DNA from: Octopus bimaculoides
Taxonomy: Eukaryota
Length of the DNA: 49,851 nt
Direction of reading: 5' to 3'
Assembly (NCBI RefSeq): GCF_001194135.2
Contig: NC_068983.1
Location: 49,656,298-49,706,148 of the forward strand
Under the pieces are notes generated by a model. That model made no database searches. It saw only the letters and a list, made by a program, of their open reading frames with translations, and was not told where the DNA came from. A program made the position numbers and the translations under genes. Shown here one piece after another: positions 1 to 12,291 of the stretch (the first letter of the stretch is position 1; each line of letters opens with the position of its first letter).

Positions 1-67
<67 letters not shown>

Positions 68-134
68 TATTCATATACATATACACACATATATACACCA
101 AATGCATACATACCACAAAACGCACGCATATATA
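1..134. repeat. (CA)n/(TA)n compound microsatellite
   Basis: Direct reading of the sequence. Confidence 0.95.
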
Positions 135-640
135 TAGTCAGACTCCAAAGAGACGGGAAACACTGCTATATCAAACATTAGACCCCTAGCGCAGTTAGAG
201 CCATACTTTGTATTCCATTATGTGTAGAGTGCTGGATAGTATTTAATAAAGAATTATAGATGTAATTGATTTATCAAACATCTCGTGTTTTAAGTCTGGT
301 TTTGTTGTGTAAAAATATCAAGTGTGTTTTATTACATTATAAATAAACTCAGTGAATGCAGTGTATATGTCATTCCTTAAGAAACATAAAAGAGGGTTGG
401 GAAACCAGTTGGCTTTCATATAAATATCTAGTCTGTACATTTTATTGGATTGATAATGACAGTAAATACTTATATTGATATTCAAGTTGGGGCTGCTTAG
501 ACCAAAGTCACTCCAGAACAAGCTGATGTGGATAAAATATATCCTGGCTGTGACGGTACTTTCTTCTTTTATAGGCATAATGTAGTTAGGAATATATTGT
601 CGAATGTTAGTCTCTGACAAATGGTTAGGAAAACAGGGAG
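135..640 (-). mobile_element. Possible highly decayed Penelope-like GIY-YIG 3' relic
   Basis: Minus-strand frames give SETNIRQYIPNY..KEESTV and, after a frameshift, QTRYLYESQLVSQPSF. These loosely resemble the YIGET..R..H and R...ES.LI...P motifs of PLE endonucleases. Abuts a microsatellite. Similarity judged by eye only. Confidence 0.2.
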
Positions 641-769
641 TGATCCATGGGAGATGTTTGTCATCTCAAACATATTACGTGAGTAAAGAAAGGCTTTGCA
701 ACAGTCTCATGATGCTGTTATTTCTATTTCTAAACAATACGATGTGATATGAAGGTAGCTTGGGAGCTA

Positions 770-1005
770 TTTCTTATTTCTTTATTGCCCACAAGGGGCT
801 AAACATAGAGGGGACAAACAGGGACAGACAAAGCGATTAGGTCGATTACATCGACTCCAGTGCGTAACTGGTACTTAATTTATCGACCCTGAAAGGATGA
901 AGGGCAAAGTCGACCTCGGCGGAATTTGAACTCAGAATGTAATGGCAGACGAAATACTGCTAAGTATTTCGCCCGGCGTGCTAACGATTCTGCCAGCTCG
1001 GCACC
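770..1005 (-). mobile_element. SINE family A (tail variant ...GAAATAAG), full length
   Basis: Near-identical to 8951-9187 and 15634-15868. B-box GAGTTCAAATTCC on minus. Flanked by a 19-bp target-site duplication TAGCTTGG(G/C)AGCTATTTCT at 756-774 and 1009-1027. Confidence 0.88.
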
Positions 1006-1189
1006 TAATAGCTTGGCAGCTATTTCTAGCAAATTGTACAGTCGCATATAGACCCTGCTAATTCAATGGCAGGTGAAATATAGGTGCTTTTAGCTCATGG
1101 TAAATATATTTGCAAATGTCTGTCCAAAACTTGAGTGGATTGAATTCAAGAAACTCAAAATATTCTTCAAATCACATATTTAGGTAAAT

Positions 1190-2051
1190 AGGAGCAGGTT
1201 TGGCTGTGTGGTTAAGTAAAATGTTTCCCAAGAACAGGGTTTTGGGTTCAATGCTATTGTGCAGCCCCTTAGGTAAGTGTGTTCTATTATAGCCCTTTGC
1301 CAACCAAAGCCGTGTGAGTGTATTTGGCAGATCGAAATTGAAAGAAGTCATTGTGTATGTACATATGTATGCATATATGTGTGCATATTTGTCTGTGTGT
1401 ATGTCCGTGTATTTGTGTGTGTGTGTGTGTTTGTGTGTATGTGTGTGTACGTGTTTGTGTATGCGTGTGTTTGTGTGTGTGTTTGTCTGTGCATGTGTTG
1501 GTGTGCATGGGCATGTTTATGTATGCATGTGTTTGTGTGTGCGTGTACATGTTTGTGTGCACATGTTTGTATGTGCATATGTGTGTGTGCATGTGTTTGT
1601 GTGTGTGTGTTTGTGTGTATGTGTGCTTGTGTGTGTTTGTGTATGCGTGTGCTTGTGTCTTTGTTTGTGTGTTGGTGTGTGTGTACATGTGTTGGTGTGT
1701 GTGTACATGTGTTGGTGTGTGTGTGCGTGTGCTTGTGTCTGTGTTCGTGTGTGTGTACATGTGTTGGTGTGTGCGTGCATGTTTGTGTGCATGTATTTGT
1801 GTTTGTGTGTGCATGCACGTCCTTTTCTTGGCATAGCATGACAGTCACAAATGAGTGTAATTGTCATGTGAAAGCAGTGTCCTTTGTTTCTAATCCCCCA
1901 TGTAAATGTATTTGGTTATGGACAAATATTACCTGACTTGGAAACAGATAAGTGTTGGTGAGAAAAGAAGCATCCAGTCATAGAAAATCTCCCTCAACAA
2001 ATTCTGTCTTACCATGTAAGCACAAAAAAGGGGACATTAAATTATGATGAT
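1190..2051 (+). mobile_element. SINE family C with expanded internal GT-rich tract and RTE-type (GAT)n tail
   Basis: tRNA-like head TGGCTGTGTGGTTAAG...GGGTTCAATGC, body matching other C copies, and a tail AGCATCCAG..AGAAAATCT..CCATGTAAGCA..TTAAATTATGATGAT like that of 29600-30298. Confidence 0.72.
1345..1815. repeat. Degenerate (GT)n-rich low-complexity tract with ~20-bp higher-order unit GTGTGTACATGTGTTGGTGT (3 copies, ~1672-1772)
   Basis: Direct reading. Explains the overlapping C/V/M and H/T-rich ORFs in the track. Confidence 0.95.
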
Positions 2052-2395
2052 ATGGCTTAAGTTCATCATTAAGCTTCATTTTCAGCAATTCATAAGCCAC
2101 TGTCATTACTGTATTGCTATATTTATAATGGAAATCTTTATAGATGAATTGTCATTTCAAAATATTTTCCATTGAATTATAACAGCAGTACATTAACTCT
2201 AAACAGATGTGACTCTGTTCATTAATGAATGATTTAGTTTATTTATTCATACATTTAATGTAACTGGTATTAACTTTATTGATTCTGGGAATGAAGTCAG
2301 AGGTTGAAATCTGTCTTGATCTTTGGTTGCAATTAAATTTAGAATGCATGAAACTAATAAAATTAACAGGATAATCCTCAGAATATCACTGGAAC

Positions 2396-2644
2396 TGAAG
2401 TAGTTGTATGCTGTCAACTTAATGTGACAGTCCCCTGAAGGCAATAATACTACTGTAGGCTAGACTTAGGAAGCTGCACTTCTTCCTGTCGGCCTTGACA
2501 CATTTCCTGTGTCCTTATGTCCTTATGACTCAGGAAATGTGTCATGGCCGGCAGGAAGCGATGCAGCTTCCTAGGTCTAACCAACAGTAGTATTATTCCC
2601 TTCAGGGGACTGTCACATTAAGTTGACAGTATAAAACTACTTCA
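2396..2644. mobile_element. Foldback/MITE-like element, ~118-bp inverted arms
   Basis: 2396-2513 is the near-perfect reverse complement of 2527-2644 (e.g. GCTGTCAACTTAATGTGACAGTCCCCTGAAG versus CTTCAGGGGACTGTCACATTAAGTTGACAGT), with a 13-nt spacer. Confidence 0.85.
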
Positions 2645-2777
2645 TATTACTACTGCATAAATCTCTCCGAGAGATTTAGGAATGTATTATTTCTAAAGCA
2701 CTGGTACTGTTTATCATCTCTGAAGAAATGAAAGTTTAAAAATGATCATCTTGGTGGCACAAATTCAGAATTCGAGA

Positions 2778-3512
2778 TGCAGGAGAAGCTTGGTTTGCAA
2801 CTGTGTTTATACAGATTCAGTCCCATGGCACAGCACCTTGGGCAAATGTCTTCTATTATAGCCTAAGGCCAATCAATGTTTTGTAAGTGAATTTGATTGA
2901 TGGAAATTGTATGGAAGCTTGTGACATACATATTTATGGGTAAGCATATATGTATGCACACAAGTGTGCTTTTGTGCTAGTGTTTGTCCCTCTCCCCTCA
3001 TAAATTGATTATGGTTTTGGTTTTATAGTAAAGATTGTTTGCCAACATGACATGGCTGTCCCGCTCTAGGACAAATGTTACTCTTATTTAGCACCAGGAG
3101 ACATCGTCTCTAGCTGGCGATACAACACGATCTGTGTCCTTACATTTTCGAACAAGGGAATCTAGTGACCACCTTGTTCGAAAATGTAAGGACACAGATC
3201 GTGTCGTATAGCCAGGTGGAGACGATGCCTCCTGGGGCTAAATTACAGTAACATTTGTCCTAAACCAGGACTGCCATGTTATGCTGGCAAACAATCTTTA
3301 CTACAAAGTACTGTTGCTGAATATCTCACATGAGATTTAAAGATAGTAATTTTCTAGTTTTGCTTTTGGTTACGTCTCTGTAACTTAGCAATTTGGCATA
3401 AAAGACTGACAGAATAAGAACCAAACTTACAAAAGAAGTACTAAGGTTAATCTGTTAAAGCAATGCCCCAGCATGGCCACAATCCAGTGACCAAAACAAG
3501 TAAAAAAATAAG
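2778..3512 (+). mobile_element. Old SINE family C copy, interrupted by the MITE at 3028-3301
   Basis: Head and body CAGCACCTTGGGCAAATGTCTTCTATTATAGCC at ~2830-2865. Tail TAACTTAGC...CCCCAGCATGGCCACA...AAACAAGTAAAA at ~3380-3510. Confidence 0.55.
3028..3301. mobile_element. Foldback MITE with 130-bp terminal inverted arms and TA target-site duplication (Tc1/mariner-like signature)
   Basis: Arms 3028-3157 and 3172-3301 (GTAAAGATTGTTTGCCAACATGACATGG...CCATGTTATGCTGGCAAACAATCTTTAC), 14-nt spacer, TA at 3026-3027 and 3302-3303. Confidence 0.88.
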
Positions 3513-4429
3513 CAAGGGTAAAGGACAAGACCAAGTACCGTGAGGTTTTGTACTCTTGTACTTCATTGTTGATTTTCATAACCTAATGTCTCTGAAAGAA
3601 CGTGGCAAGAACATCACAGGTTTGCTTTCTTTGCAACTGGATAGCATTTTATCTTAATGTAAATAACAAGTTCTAAGCATTTTGATGGAGTGTTATGATC
3701 AGAATGCCAAAGTTAAATGTTATCAGAAATGACAGCCAATCATCATCATGTAACAACAAGGTTATCAATACATATTTGTTATGAAAATGTCAAGGTCAAA
3801 CACTTGTTTTATTTCTTTTGCCTTTGTTCCACCAGATAGATGTGGGGCATATTTCAGTGTAGTGCGTTCTTTATTTTAAAACACCGTTTTTTTCTCCTTT
3901 TTTTTTTCTCATTTTGGTTTCCTGTTTATACCACCTTGTCAATGCCATCAAAGCGGGAAGGAAATGTAAGTTGTCAGTTGAGGATATGTTGTTATCTGGG
4001 TTCTGGTTTTGACGTGTAAGAGAGAAAAAATATATATTGCTGATTACCAAAATGTTGGTGATTGATTAGGAGTGGAAACAGAAGCAATAAAGTAGGCAAT
4101 GGTGTAATTTTACTCCACTGAAAGTATATTAGTTCAAGTAAACATAATGAAACTAAGAGTGACTCAGTTATGAATGTGAGCAAATCAACACTTATGAGTT
4201 TAAAACATAGGTACAAATGCTTGCTAACGGAAGAGACAGATTACAAGGTGAGAGGAACCAATGTTCACTCTAAGCTATGAGCTTGTGAGTCTGTGCACGT
4301 GTGTTACAACTGATACACAAAGAAAAAATGTGTGAAAAACAGGTTAAGATAAAAGAGAATGGTACATTATTTTACCTTATTTACATTATTTACATTTGAT
4401 GGATATTTGTCCTCATCTTGTTTGTTCTT

Positions 4430-4475
4430 AGCACAACATTTCAGCTGATATACCCTCCAGCTTTTATCAGGTGTC
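4430..4475 (-). ncRNA. Decayed minimal type I hammerhead-like motif in SINE H
   Basis: Sense reads GACAC-CTGATAA-A-AGCTG-GAGGGTATAT-CAGCT-GAAAT-GTT-GTGCT. Stem II AGCTG/CAGCT is intact and stem I is GACAC/GTGCT. The core has two transitions relative to CUGAUGA...GAAAC. Confidence 0.5.
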
Positions 4476-4523
4476 TTGAGGAAATTTCGAACCTGGGTTT
4501 TCCATTCCTACGGTATTTTTCAA

Positions 4524-4555
<32 letters not shown>

Positions 4556-4760
4556 GGCAGAATCGTTAGCACACCGGGTGAAATGCTTAGCGGTATTTCG
4601 TCTGTCTTTACATTCTGAGTTCAAATTCTGCCGAGGACGACTTTGCCTTTCATCCTTTTGGAGTCGATGAATTAAGTACCAGTTGCGAACTGGGGTCGAT
4701 CTAATCGACTGGCCGTCTCCCCCAAAAATTTCGGGCCTTGTGCCTAGAGTACAAAGATTA
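4556..4760 (+). mobile_element. SINE family A (tail variant ...GTAGAAAAG) nested in the (TTA)n of SINE H
   Basis: Homologous to 8070-8284 and 20220-20435. The H element resumes at ~4761. Confidence 0.87.
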
Positions 4761-5244
4761 TCATCATTATTAATATTCAGGTCAATGCCTGGAATTGAAC
4801 TCAGAATCTTGGGGTTAGTAGCCCGCGCTCTTAACCACTATGCCATATGCCCATGGGATGGTATTCCTACTTTCTGCAAAGTGACTGGTGATAAGAGAGG
4901 CATTCAGAGTGAGCAACCAAGCTAAAAGTGTAACTCTGAAACAAACGACAGAGTTCAAAATAGCCTAGAAGAGCATTACCTCAACAAAGACTCAGACAGT
5001 CACAAGCCATTCACATGGAAAGCAGATGACAAAGAATGATGATATGAAAAGATATATTTAACATTAATTTCCATGAATCTAGGGGTCAGTAAAAATTATG
5101 ACTAATAGTTTTGGGCAAATTCGAAGGATCATTAGAATGCCAGAAAAAATGTTTCATGATGTTTTCCTGGCTTGTAATGCTCAGAGTTCAAATTCTGCCA
5201 GAGTCAACTTTGCCTTTCATCTCTCCAAGGTTGATAAGATAATA

Positions 5245-5585
5245 GTCAAGGGTTCCAGTTGATCTGATCAACGGAACTGCCTGCTCGTGAAATTAACGTG
5301 CAAGTGGCTGAGCACTCCAAAGACACGTGTACCCTTAACATAGTTCTCGGGGATATTCAGCGTGACACAGTGTGACAAGGCTGACCCTTTGAATTACAGG
5401 CACAACAGAAACAGGAAGTAAGAGTGAGAGAAAGTTGTGGTGAAAGAGTACAGCAGGGTTCGCCACCATCCCCTGCCTTTAGGAGTTTTCACTCAATAAA
5501 CACTCAATGCCCGGTCTGGGAATCGAAACCACGATCCTATGACCGCAAGTCCGCTGCCCTAACCACTGAGCCATTGAGCCTCCAC
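5245..5585 (-). mobile_element. tRNA-derived SINE family E
   Basis: Minus-strand head GTGGAGGCTCAATGGCTCAGTGGTTAGGGCAGCGGACTTGCGGTCATAGGATCGTGGTTTCGATTCCCAGACC, with A and B boxes. The 3' end is shared with 18230-18285. Confidence 0.85.
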
Positions 5586-5982
5586 ATAGAACAGTACCAG
5601 TAATAAACAGCTAATCAACGAACTGCATGTGTATCTCACTCAAAATAGTACAACATATTACTGACAAGTGTGTACTGTTACTGCAAAGAAACCTACAAAC
5701 ACAGATCTCATGAGTTTATATTATATCCCACTTTAAACCAAACATATTCCATCTTATCCAGAGCAAAATGCAGGTTAGCTATTGAGCTAGCTGGTAACCT
5801 AGATGCAAAAGATTGATCCAACTAGTAAGGCCACAGTGATCTCTCACTTGAGCACCAGCTTTAAAACGATAGCAATTGATTTCATACTATCAAGTGTATA
5901 TATTATTTCTTAAAGAAAGTAAAATCAAAATGGCACAGGAAATTGTATTAGGCTGATTAACGGAATCTAGTTCAACAGCATC

Positions 5983-6009
5983 TTTTTTTTTTTTTTTTTT
6001 TTTTTTTTT
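5983..6009. repeat. Poly(T) run, 27 nt
   Basis: Direct reading. Confidence 0.95.
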
Positions 6010-6144
6010 GCTTTTTAATCTTTCGGGAATGCTTCGTATAAAGAGAAATCATACATTACTTTGGGAAATTTATATTCAATGATGTCTGTTGAACTAAGTA
6101 CCACAGTTTCTTTCGATTATCAGTTTTAGCTATAACAACAGAAG

Positions 6145-6410
6145 CACACACACACACATATGTAAATAAATATATATATATGTACATGCATAAATACATA
6201 TGTGTAAGTGTGTGTGCATATTCATATGTATATGTATATACGTTTGTATAGTTATATATGTATATGTATGTATTATATAGACATATATATATATAATACA
6301 TACATATATGTGTGTGTGTGTGTGTATTCAATATGGATATATATGCATAACTATATGTATATTGAATACATGTGCATGTGAATGTGTGTGTGCATGTGAA
6401 TGTCTGTGTG

Positions 6411-6442
<32 letters not shown>

Positions 6443-6469
6443 TATATATATATGTATATATATGTATGT

Positions 6470-6506
<37 letters not shown>

Positions 6507-6995
6507 NNNNNNNNNNNNNNNNNNNNNNNNNNNNNNNNNNNNNNNNNNNNNNNNNNNNNNNNNNNNNNNNNNNNNNNNNNNNNNNNNNNNNNNNNNNNNN
6601 NNNNNNNNNNNNNNNNNNNNNNNNNNNNNNNNNNNNNNNNNNNNNNNNNNNNNNNNNNNNNNNNNNNNNNNNNNNNNNNNNNNNNNNNNNNNNNNNNNNN
6701 NNNNNNNNNNNNNNNNNNNNNNNNNNNNNNNNNNNNNNNNNNNNNNNNNNNNNNNNNNNNNNNNNNNNNNNNNNNNNNNNNNNNNNNNNNNNNNNNNNNN
6801 NNNNNNNNNNNNNNNNNNNNNNNNNNNNNNNNNNNNNNNNNNNNNTATGTATATATATATGTATATATATGTGTGTGTATATATATATATAGAGAGAGAG
6901 AGAGAAAGAGAGAGAGAGTGAGAGAGAGAGAGAGTGATGGATAGATAGATAGACAGATACACACATACACATATATATGCATATTTATACATATG
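6145..6995. repeat. Compound (TA)/(TG)/(AG)/(GATA) microsatellite field with assembly gap 6507-6845
   Basis: Direct reading. Confidence 0.95.
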
Positions 6996-7316
6996 TATAT
7001 AAACAGAAAGTCTTTCAACAGGCTCATATGCATTTGCTGTTTTGTATATGTTCAGCTGCATTTGATTGGATGAATTTATGCAGGGTAGATAAGTAACAAA
7101 GTATATGAGAATAATTGCATGTGCGTGCATGTGCATGTGTGAGTGCATGTGCGTGTGTGCATGTGTGCCTGTGTTTCCATGGATGCATAAGAAATTGTTA
7201 AACATTCCCGCATGTAAGTGTTCGCAAACATAGATATCTGTAATTCTCTGATCAATACAAATACAATTATGTGCCAAGAAATATTTCTTGAATATGCTGA
7301 CTAATACATAGATTGA

Positions 7317-7505
7317 TGTATATATANNNNNNNNNNNNNNNNNNNNNNNNNNNNNNNNNNNNNNNNNNNNNNNNATATATATGTATGTATTTAAATATAT
7401 ATACACATACATATGTATACGCACACATAGATAGATAGAGAGATAAAGAGATAGATAAATAGATAGATAGATAGACAAGCAGACAGACAAACAGATACAT
7501 ATATA
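7317..7505. repeat. (TA)n, gap 7327-7374, then (GATA)/(GACA)n
   Basis: Direct reading. Confidence 0.9.
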
Positions 7506-7754
7506 GAGAAAATTGGTAATTGCTAGTAATAGGTAAGATGATGTTTCTCAATGGATTTACATAAGCTCATATACATAACATATACATAAATATATACATA
7601 TGTTTACTTATATACATATACTTACATACATACTTACAAACACATTTGTATATACAAACATATCCTGTTGTTGCTGTTGAAATTCCAATGAAGGAGTCTT
7701 TAATCTAGGTTAGAAACCAGCTCTTTCTCTATTGACAAGAAATCTTGTAATAAA

Positions 7755-8065
<311 letters not shown>

Positions 8066-8069
8066 GTTA

Positions 8070-8284
8070 AAGCAGTGAGCTAGCAGAAACGTTAGCACTC
8101 TGGGTGAAATGCTTAGCAGTGTTTCATCTATCTCTATGTTATGAGTTCAAATTCTGCCAAGGTCAACTTTGCCTTTCATTCTTTCGGGGTCGATAAATTA
8201 AGTACCAGTTATGTGCTGGGGTTGATCCAATCGACTGGTCCCCCCTCACCAAAACTTTCAGGCCTTGTGACTAGAGTAGAAAAG
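8070..8284 (+). mobile_element. SINE family A (GTAGAAAAG tail)
   Basis: Homology to other A copies. B box GAGTTCAAATTC. Confidence 0.87.
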
Positions 8285-8291
8285 TATATAC

Positions 8292-8322
<31 letters not shown>

Positions 8323-8332
8323 NNNNNNNNNN

Positions 8333-8372
<40 letters not shown>

Positions 8373-8950
8373 TATACATATATTTTATATATCTTAACAA
8401 GTATAATGGCCATATAGTATAAGCATTATTTTCAGAACATTCGACTTTTTTACGTTACATGAAGAAATACATTCACAAGAATATTTTTAATAAAAAACAT
8501 TGTAAAAATATTGAATATTTCCATATAAATAATACATCAACATCATTTAGCTTCTTGTCTGCATTCTGCCCATCACTCTCACATCATGTCAAAAAGATCC
8601 ACTGTCTATTTACTATGTGTATTGGCAGACTATCAGCTTAAAACACAGATAATTAAACATGAAAAAAGACATTTGGATGCTACATGCTGACAAGTATAAA
8701 AAGCACCAAGTTAAATCCATATTTCTTCTTTCTACATAAGCACACATACAAACATATATAGGAATATCTTTATGTGCATATGTTTATCATTATTATATCT
8801 ACACACACTTTTTCCTGTGTTTACATGGTTTTCACTGGCCTTCTCTATTACTGTGTCACTCCAATTGTTACAGACACTTGTCAACACCACAAGGTTCTGT
8901 TTCCAGAGGCCAGCTTTTCCTTCATTTATTCATTCATCCATCCATTTATC

Positions 8951-9187
8951 TTTCTTATTTCTTTATTGCCCACAAGGGGCTACACACAGAGAAAACAAAC
9001 AAGGACAGACAAATGGAATAAGTTGATTATATCGACCCCAGTGCATAACTGGTACTTATTTAATCAACCTCAAAAGGATGAAAGGCAAAGTCGACCCCGG
9101 CGGAATTTGAACTCAGAACGTAGCGGCAGATGAAATACCGCTAAGCATTTCGCCGGCGTGCTAACATTTCTGCCAGCTCGCTGCCTT
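8951..9187 (-). mobile_element. SINE family A (GAAATAAG tail), full length
   Basis: Near-identical to 770-1005. Confidence 0.88.
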
Positions 9188-9519
9188 ATTAATCTTTCTC
9201 TCTGCTTATATACATAAACACACACACACACTCACACACACACACACACAGACACACGCACGTGCATGCATACATACATACAGACATACAAGGAAAATTA
9301 TGTGACTAAGGTGTTAAAAAACACCTACATTGCTAGAAATAAGAGCTAAAACGCTCTAATGCTGTTGTTAACACACATGAATGGAAACCTATACTAAGAG
9401 GAACCATAATGGTTGGAAAAATGCCAATTGAGAGTTTTAAGACTGATGCATTGGTTTCAGCAATTTCTGTTGCCATTATCAGTTAAGCCAGCTCGGTGTT
9501 TAGCTATTTCCAGACATTT

Positions 9520-9706
9520 TACGTGCGACCTGCACAGAAACCAGTACCGCAGCACTAGCCATGACCTCGCTCGAATGTCTTTTCATGTGCCACCGGCACA
9601 AGTGGGAAGGAAGGCGACGCTGGTAATGATTATGATATGTCACTGGCACAGAAGCCAAACAGCTGCTCTGGCAATGATCACACTCGGACGGTGCTCTTAG
9701 TACTCC
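9520..9706 (-). mobile_element. Internal fragment of RTE-tail element (family R)
   Basis: Repeated TTTTACGTGC(C)AC..GCACA modules matching 13570-13740 and 40540-40690. Confidence 0.65.
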
Positions 9707-9727
9707 ACACAACTAATAATAATAGTT

Positions 9728-9918
9728 TGTTCTGATTTTGGTTTAAGGCCAGCAGTTTTGATTACGTACACTCCAGTGCTCGACAGGTATTTTATTTTAT
9801 CGACCTCAAGATGAGGAAAGGTAAAATTGATCTTGGCAGGATTTGAACTCAGAAATCAAAGAGCTGGAAATATGTCACTAATCATTTTTTTCTGATGCAC
9901 TGACAATTCTGCCATTCT
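9728..9918 (-). mobile_element. Old SINE family A copy
   Basis: CTCCAGTGCTCGACAGGTATTTTATTTTATCGACC...GGATTTGAACTCAGAA...CAATTCTGCCA aligns to the A consensus. Confidence 0.6.
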
Positions 9919-11163
9919 GACAGAAAATAATGAACTCAAATGTTACATTTGTTTCAAATAAACTCCATCTTAAAACAGTATGTTTTTTAGGGCTACTCCC
10001 ATTCTTATTCACTCTTAAATGGTTATTTTGATGTAGTATAATAAAAAGAGTAAGCGAAATATTTTAAAGACTACTTTCTTTATTTTCCTTTAATTTATTT
10101 CAAAATCTAATGTTCTGATTATTTAGTTTCTCAAACATTTAGCATTCCAATATTTATCATTTGAAATTTTTAAGCTTGGCCATATGCCCCAAACACTTTT
10201 ATGTGCACACACATATGCATTTATGTATGCATGTATTTTTATATGTATGTTTACACACACACACACACACACAGAGGCAAATTGGTAGATATTTTATCTC
10301 CAGATACAAATATAAAATTGGATATTGCCACATATCTTGATGGAGAATTGACTGTTTATTTTTGAAGACGATTACAACATTTGAAGTTTTGCCAAGTAAA
10401 CTTTTTCAAAATATGGATAAATTACATGTTTATCTTACATATATAAATTAGGGATATAAGACAAAGGTCTTATATCCTTTGTAATCGCGATCATTGATGA
10501 GAAAAATAATGAGGAAACAGTACGGGCGAGAGTTTTGTTCAGCATGCATTTAATAAGAAGAAATATGAGTTATAGTCATACTTTGGGGGCAAATTTGGGT
10601 GAAAATATTAGTATAAGGTGAGTTTACTAAGAATGTGATTGTAGAGATTCTAACCATTTATAGAATTATGTAGGGAAGCATTCAGATTTGATGAATAAAG
10701 TTTCTAGTTTATTACTGATGTTGCATGGAAAAATTACTAAAATGGGGTTGAGAAATGTTGTATAAAACTATATTGGTAGAATATCTCATGCTATTTGCAA
10801 TGTAAAAATACATGTATCTTTTTAATGTAATTTTAAATATGTTAATTGTAAACATAAATCCAGCTTTTAAAATATGAATAACAACAAAATTTGCTAATAT
10901 TTTTATTTAAATTAATTTTCATTAAATTCATTACATCAATCTCTTTGTATATCAGTAGAAAAATCAACCTATTTCTAAGATAAAATACATAAATAGCAAT
11001 ATAATTTTACATTCATTATAAATAAAATGAGAAATAGCTAGAGTGTCTATTCTCTTCTATCACAAATGTGTTTGGATGTAGAGCCAAAATATCTCCATTT
11101 GACATTAATATATCTTCAATGACTGGATCCTTTGTAGGTGACACAGATCATACATTTATAAGT

Positions 11164-11375
11164 CATCATCATCCTTTAGCATCAATGTTCCCTACTGGTA
11201 TGGTTTGGATTGGATGGCTTGCCAGAAACTAATGTGTCCAAAGGCTACATGGAGCTCCAATGTCTGTTTTGGTATGAATTTTTATGGCTGGGTGTTCTTC
11301 CTAATGCCAACAACTTTACATGGACTGGGTGGTTTTCTTTGTGTCACCTGCACTGTTGAGATCGCTATGCAGGTT
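11164..11375 (-). mobile_element. Decayed RTE-type 3' tail (family R)
   Basis: (CAT)n followed by ...GGCTGGGTGTTCTTCCTAATGCCAAC, homologous to 13395-13560. Confidence 0.55.
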
Positions 11376-11561
11376 ACAGGACTATGACTTGGGGAAGATG
11401 GTGAGGTCACCTTTTTAGATAACATTTTGGTAAATAAATATGTTGGTTGTCTATCATTCCGTGCATTCACTGTATTGTTTTGAACAAAATGGTTTTGCGG
11501 CCCACGTTTGTAATTTTCTCAGTTATCTGTCCTGCTGTGAAAAAGTTTGGTGACTCTTGAT

Positions 11562-11698
11562 ATTAGAAAGGGATCTAGCTGTAGAAACCATGCCACAACA
11601 GACAATTGACCCTGTGCTAGCCACCTCCATTTTTCAAAATGTCCAGTCCTTCTCAGCGTGGCAAGCAGATGTTAAACAACGATGACGATGATGATGAT
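11562..11698 (+). mobile_element. Decayed RTE-type 3' tail (family R)
   Basis: AGCTGTAGAAACCATGCC...GCGTGGCAAGCAGATGTTAAACAACGATGACGATGATGAT. Confidence 0.6.
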
Positions 11699-12291
11699 AT
11701 ATATAACTGTAATTGTACCAACATCAAATTGTAAGGCCAAAGAATTTAATGCATTGTGCTATGATCAATACTAATACAGCATCAAATTCACATATAGATT
11801 CAGTTGCTAGTTTGTTGAACAATTTTCTCCACATTCACATTTAGAAAATGAAAGCAAGAAAGTGAATATCTCTCTATGGAACCATATTTGGAATTTAAAT
11901 TCAATTGTATCGTAATATGAAACAGAAAATTCTGTTCGTAAAACTCACATAATGAATATAAAATCATTGAAAGCTTTATATTTCAGAAACCTAAGAAATT
12001 CTATTTAACAATTTCCAATTACTTAATTGAAGCTCAGCATTAGCCTCATCTTGCATATAAAGGATTGTAACTATAAGGTATTTCTGCCTGTGTGTCATCA
12101 ATGTGATGATTGGGCTGAGCCAAAGTTGATAGAAAGAACACAAATTTCATTGAGATTCTAAATGCAATGTAGTTGTTAACTATATGTTATCATTACCATG
12201 AATGACAGAAAAGGAATTTACATTAAGTTAATTCGAAGTTTGTGTATGATAATGTTGCGGTTGCGAATGACAGTTTCCATGTTGTTGAAAG

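Larger units (their letters stand above)
4363..4857 (-). mobile_element. SINE family H (tRNA-like head, (AAT)n, hammerhead-like motif, AATGTAAAT tail), split by an A-family insertion
   Basis: Head on minus: GGGCATATGGCATAGTGGTTAAGAGCGCGGGCTACTAACCCCAAGATTCTGAGTTCAATTCC, with A box, B box and an anticodon-like loop CTACTAA. Body is homologous to 34089-34374 and 34376-34660. Confidence 0.85.

Noticed and set aside
135-170. CTCCAAAGAGACGGGAAAC as a third hammerhead
   Set aside because: No CUGANGA box and no stem II can be formed.
1277-1936. Six long overlapping ORFs (C/V/M-rich and H/T-rich)
   Set aside because: They are translations of a (GT)n-rich tract that cannot contain stop codons, so they are not genes.
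5500-5585. tRNA-like sequences (also the heads of families A, C and H)
   Set aside because: They have A and B boxes but no complete cloverleaf, and are joined to repeat bodies. These are SINE heads, not tRNA genes.
6056-7551. Long ORFs containing X runs (also 19260-20097, 36992-37648, 42220-42774, 48102-48987)
   Set aside because: Open only because of N gaps and (TA)n tracts.
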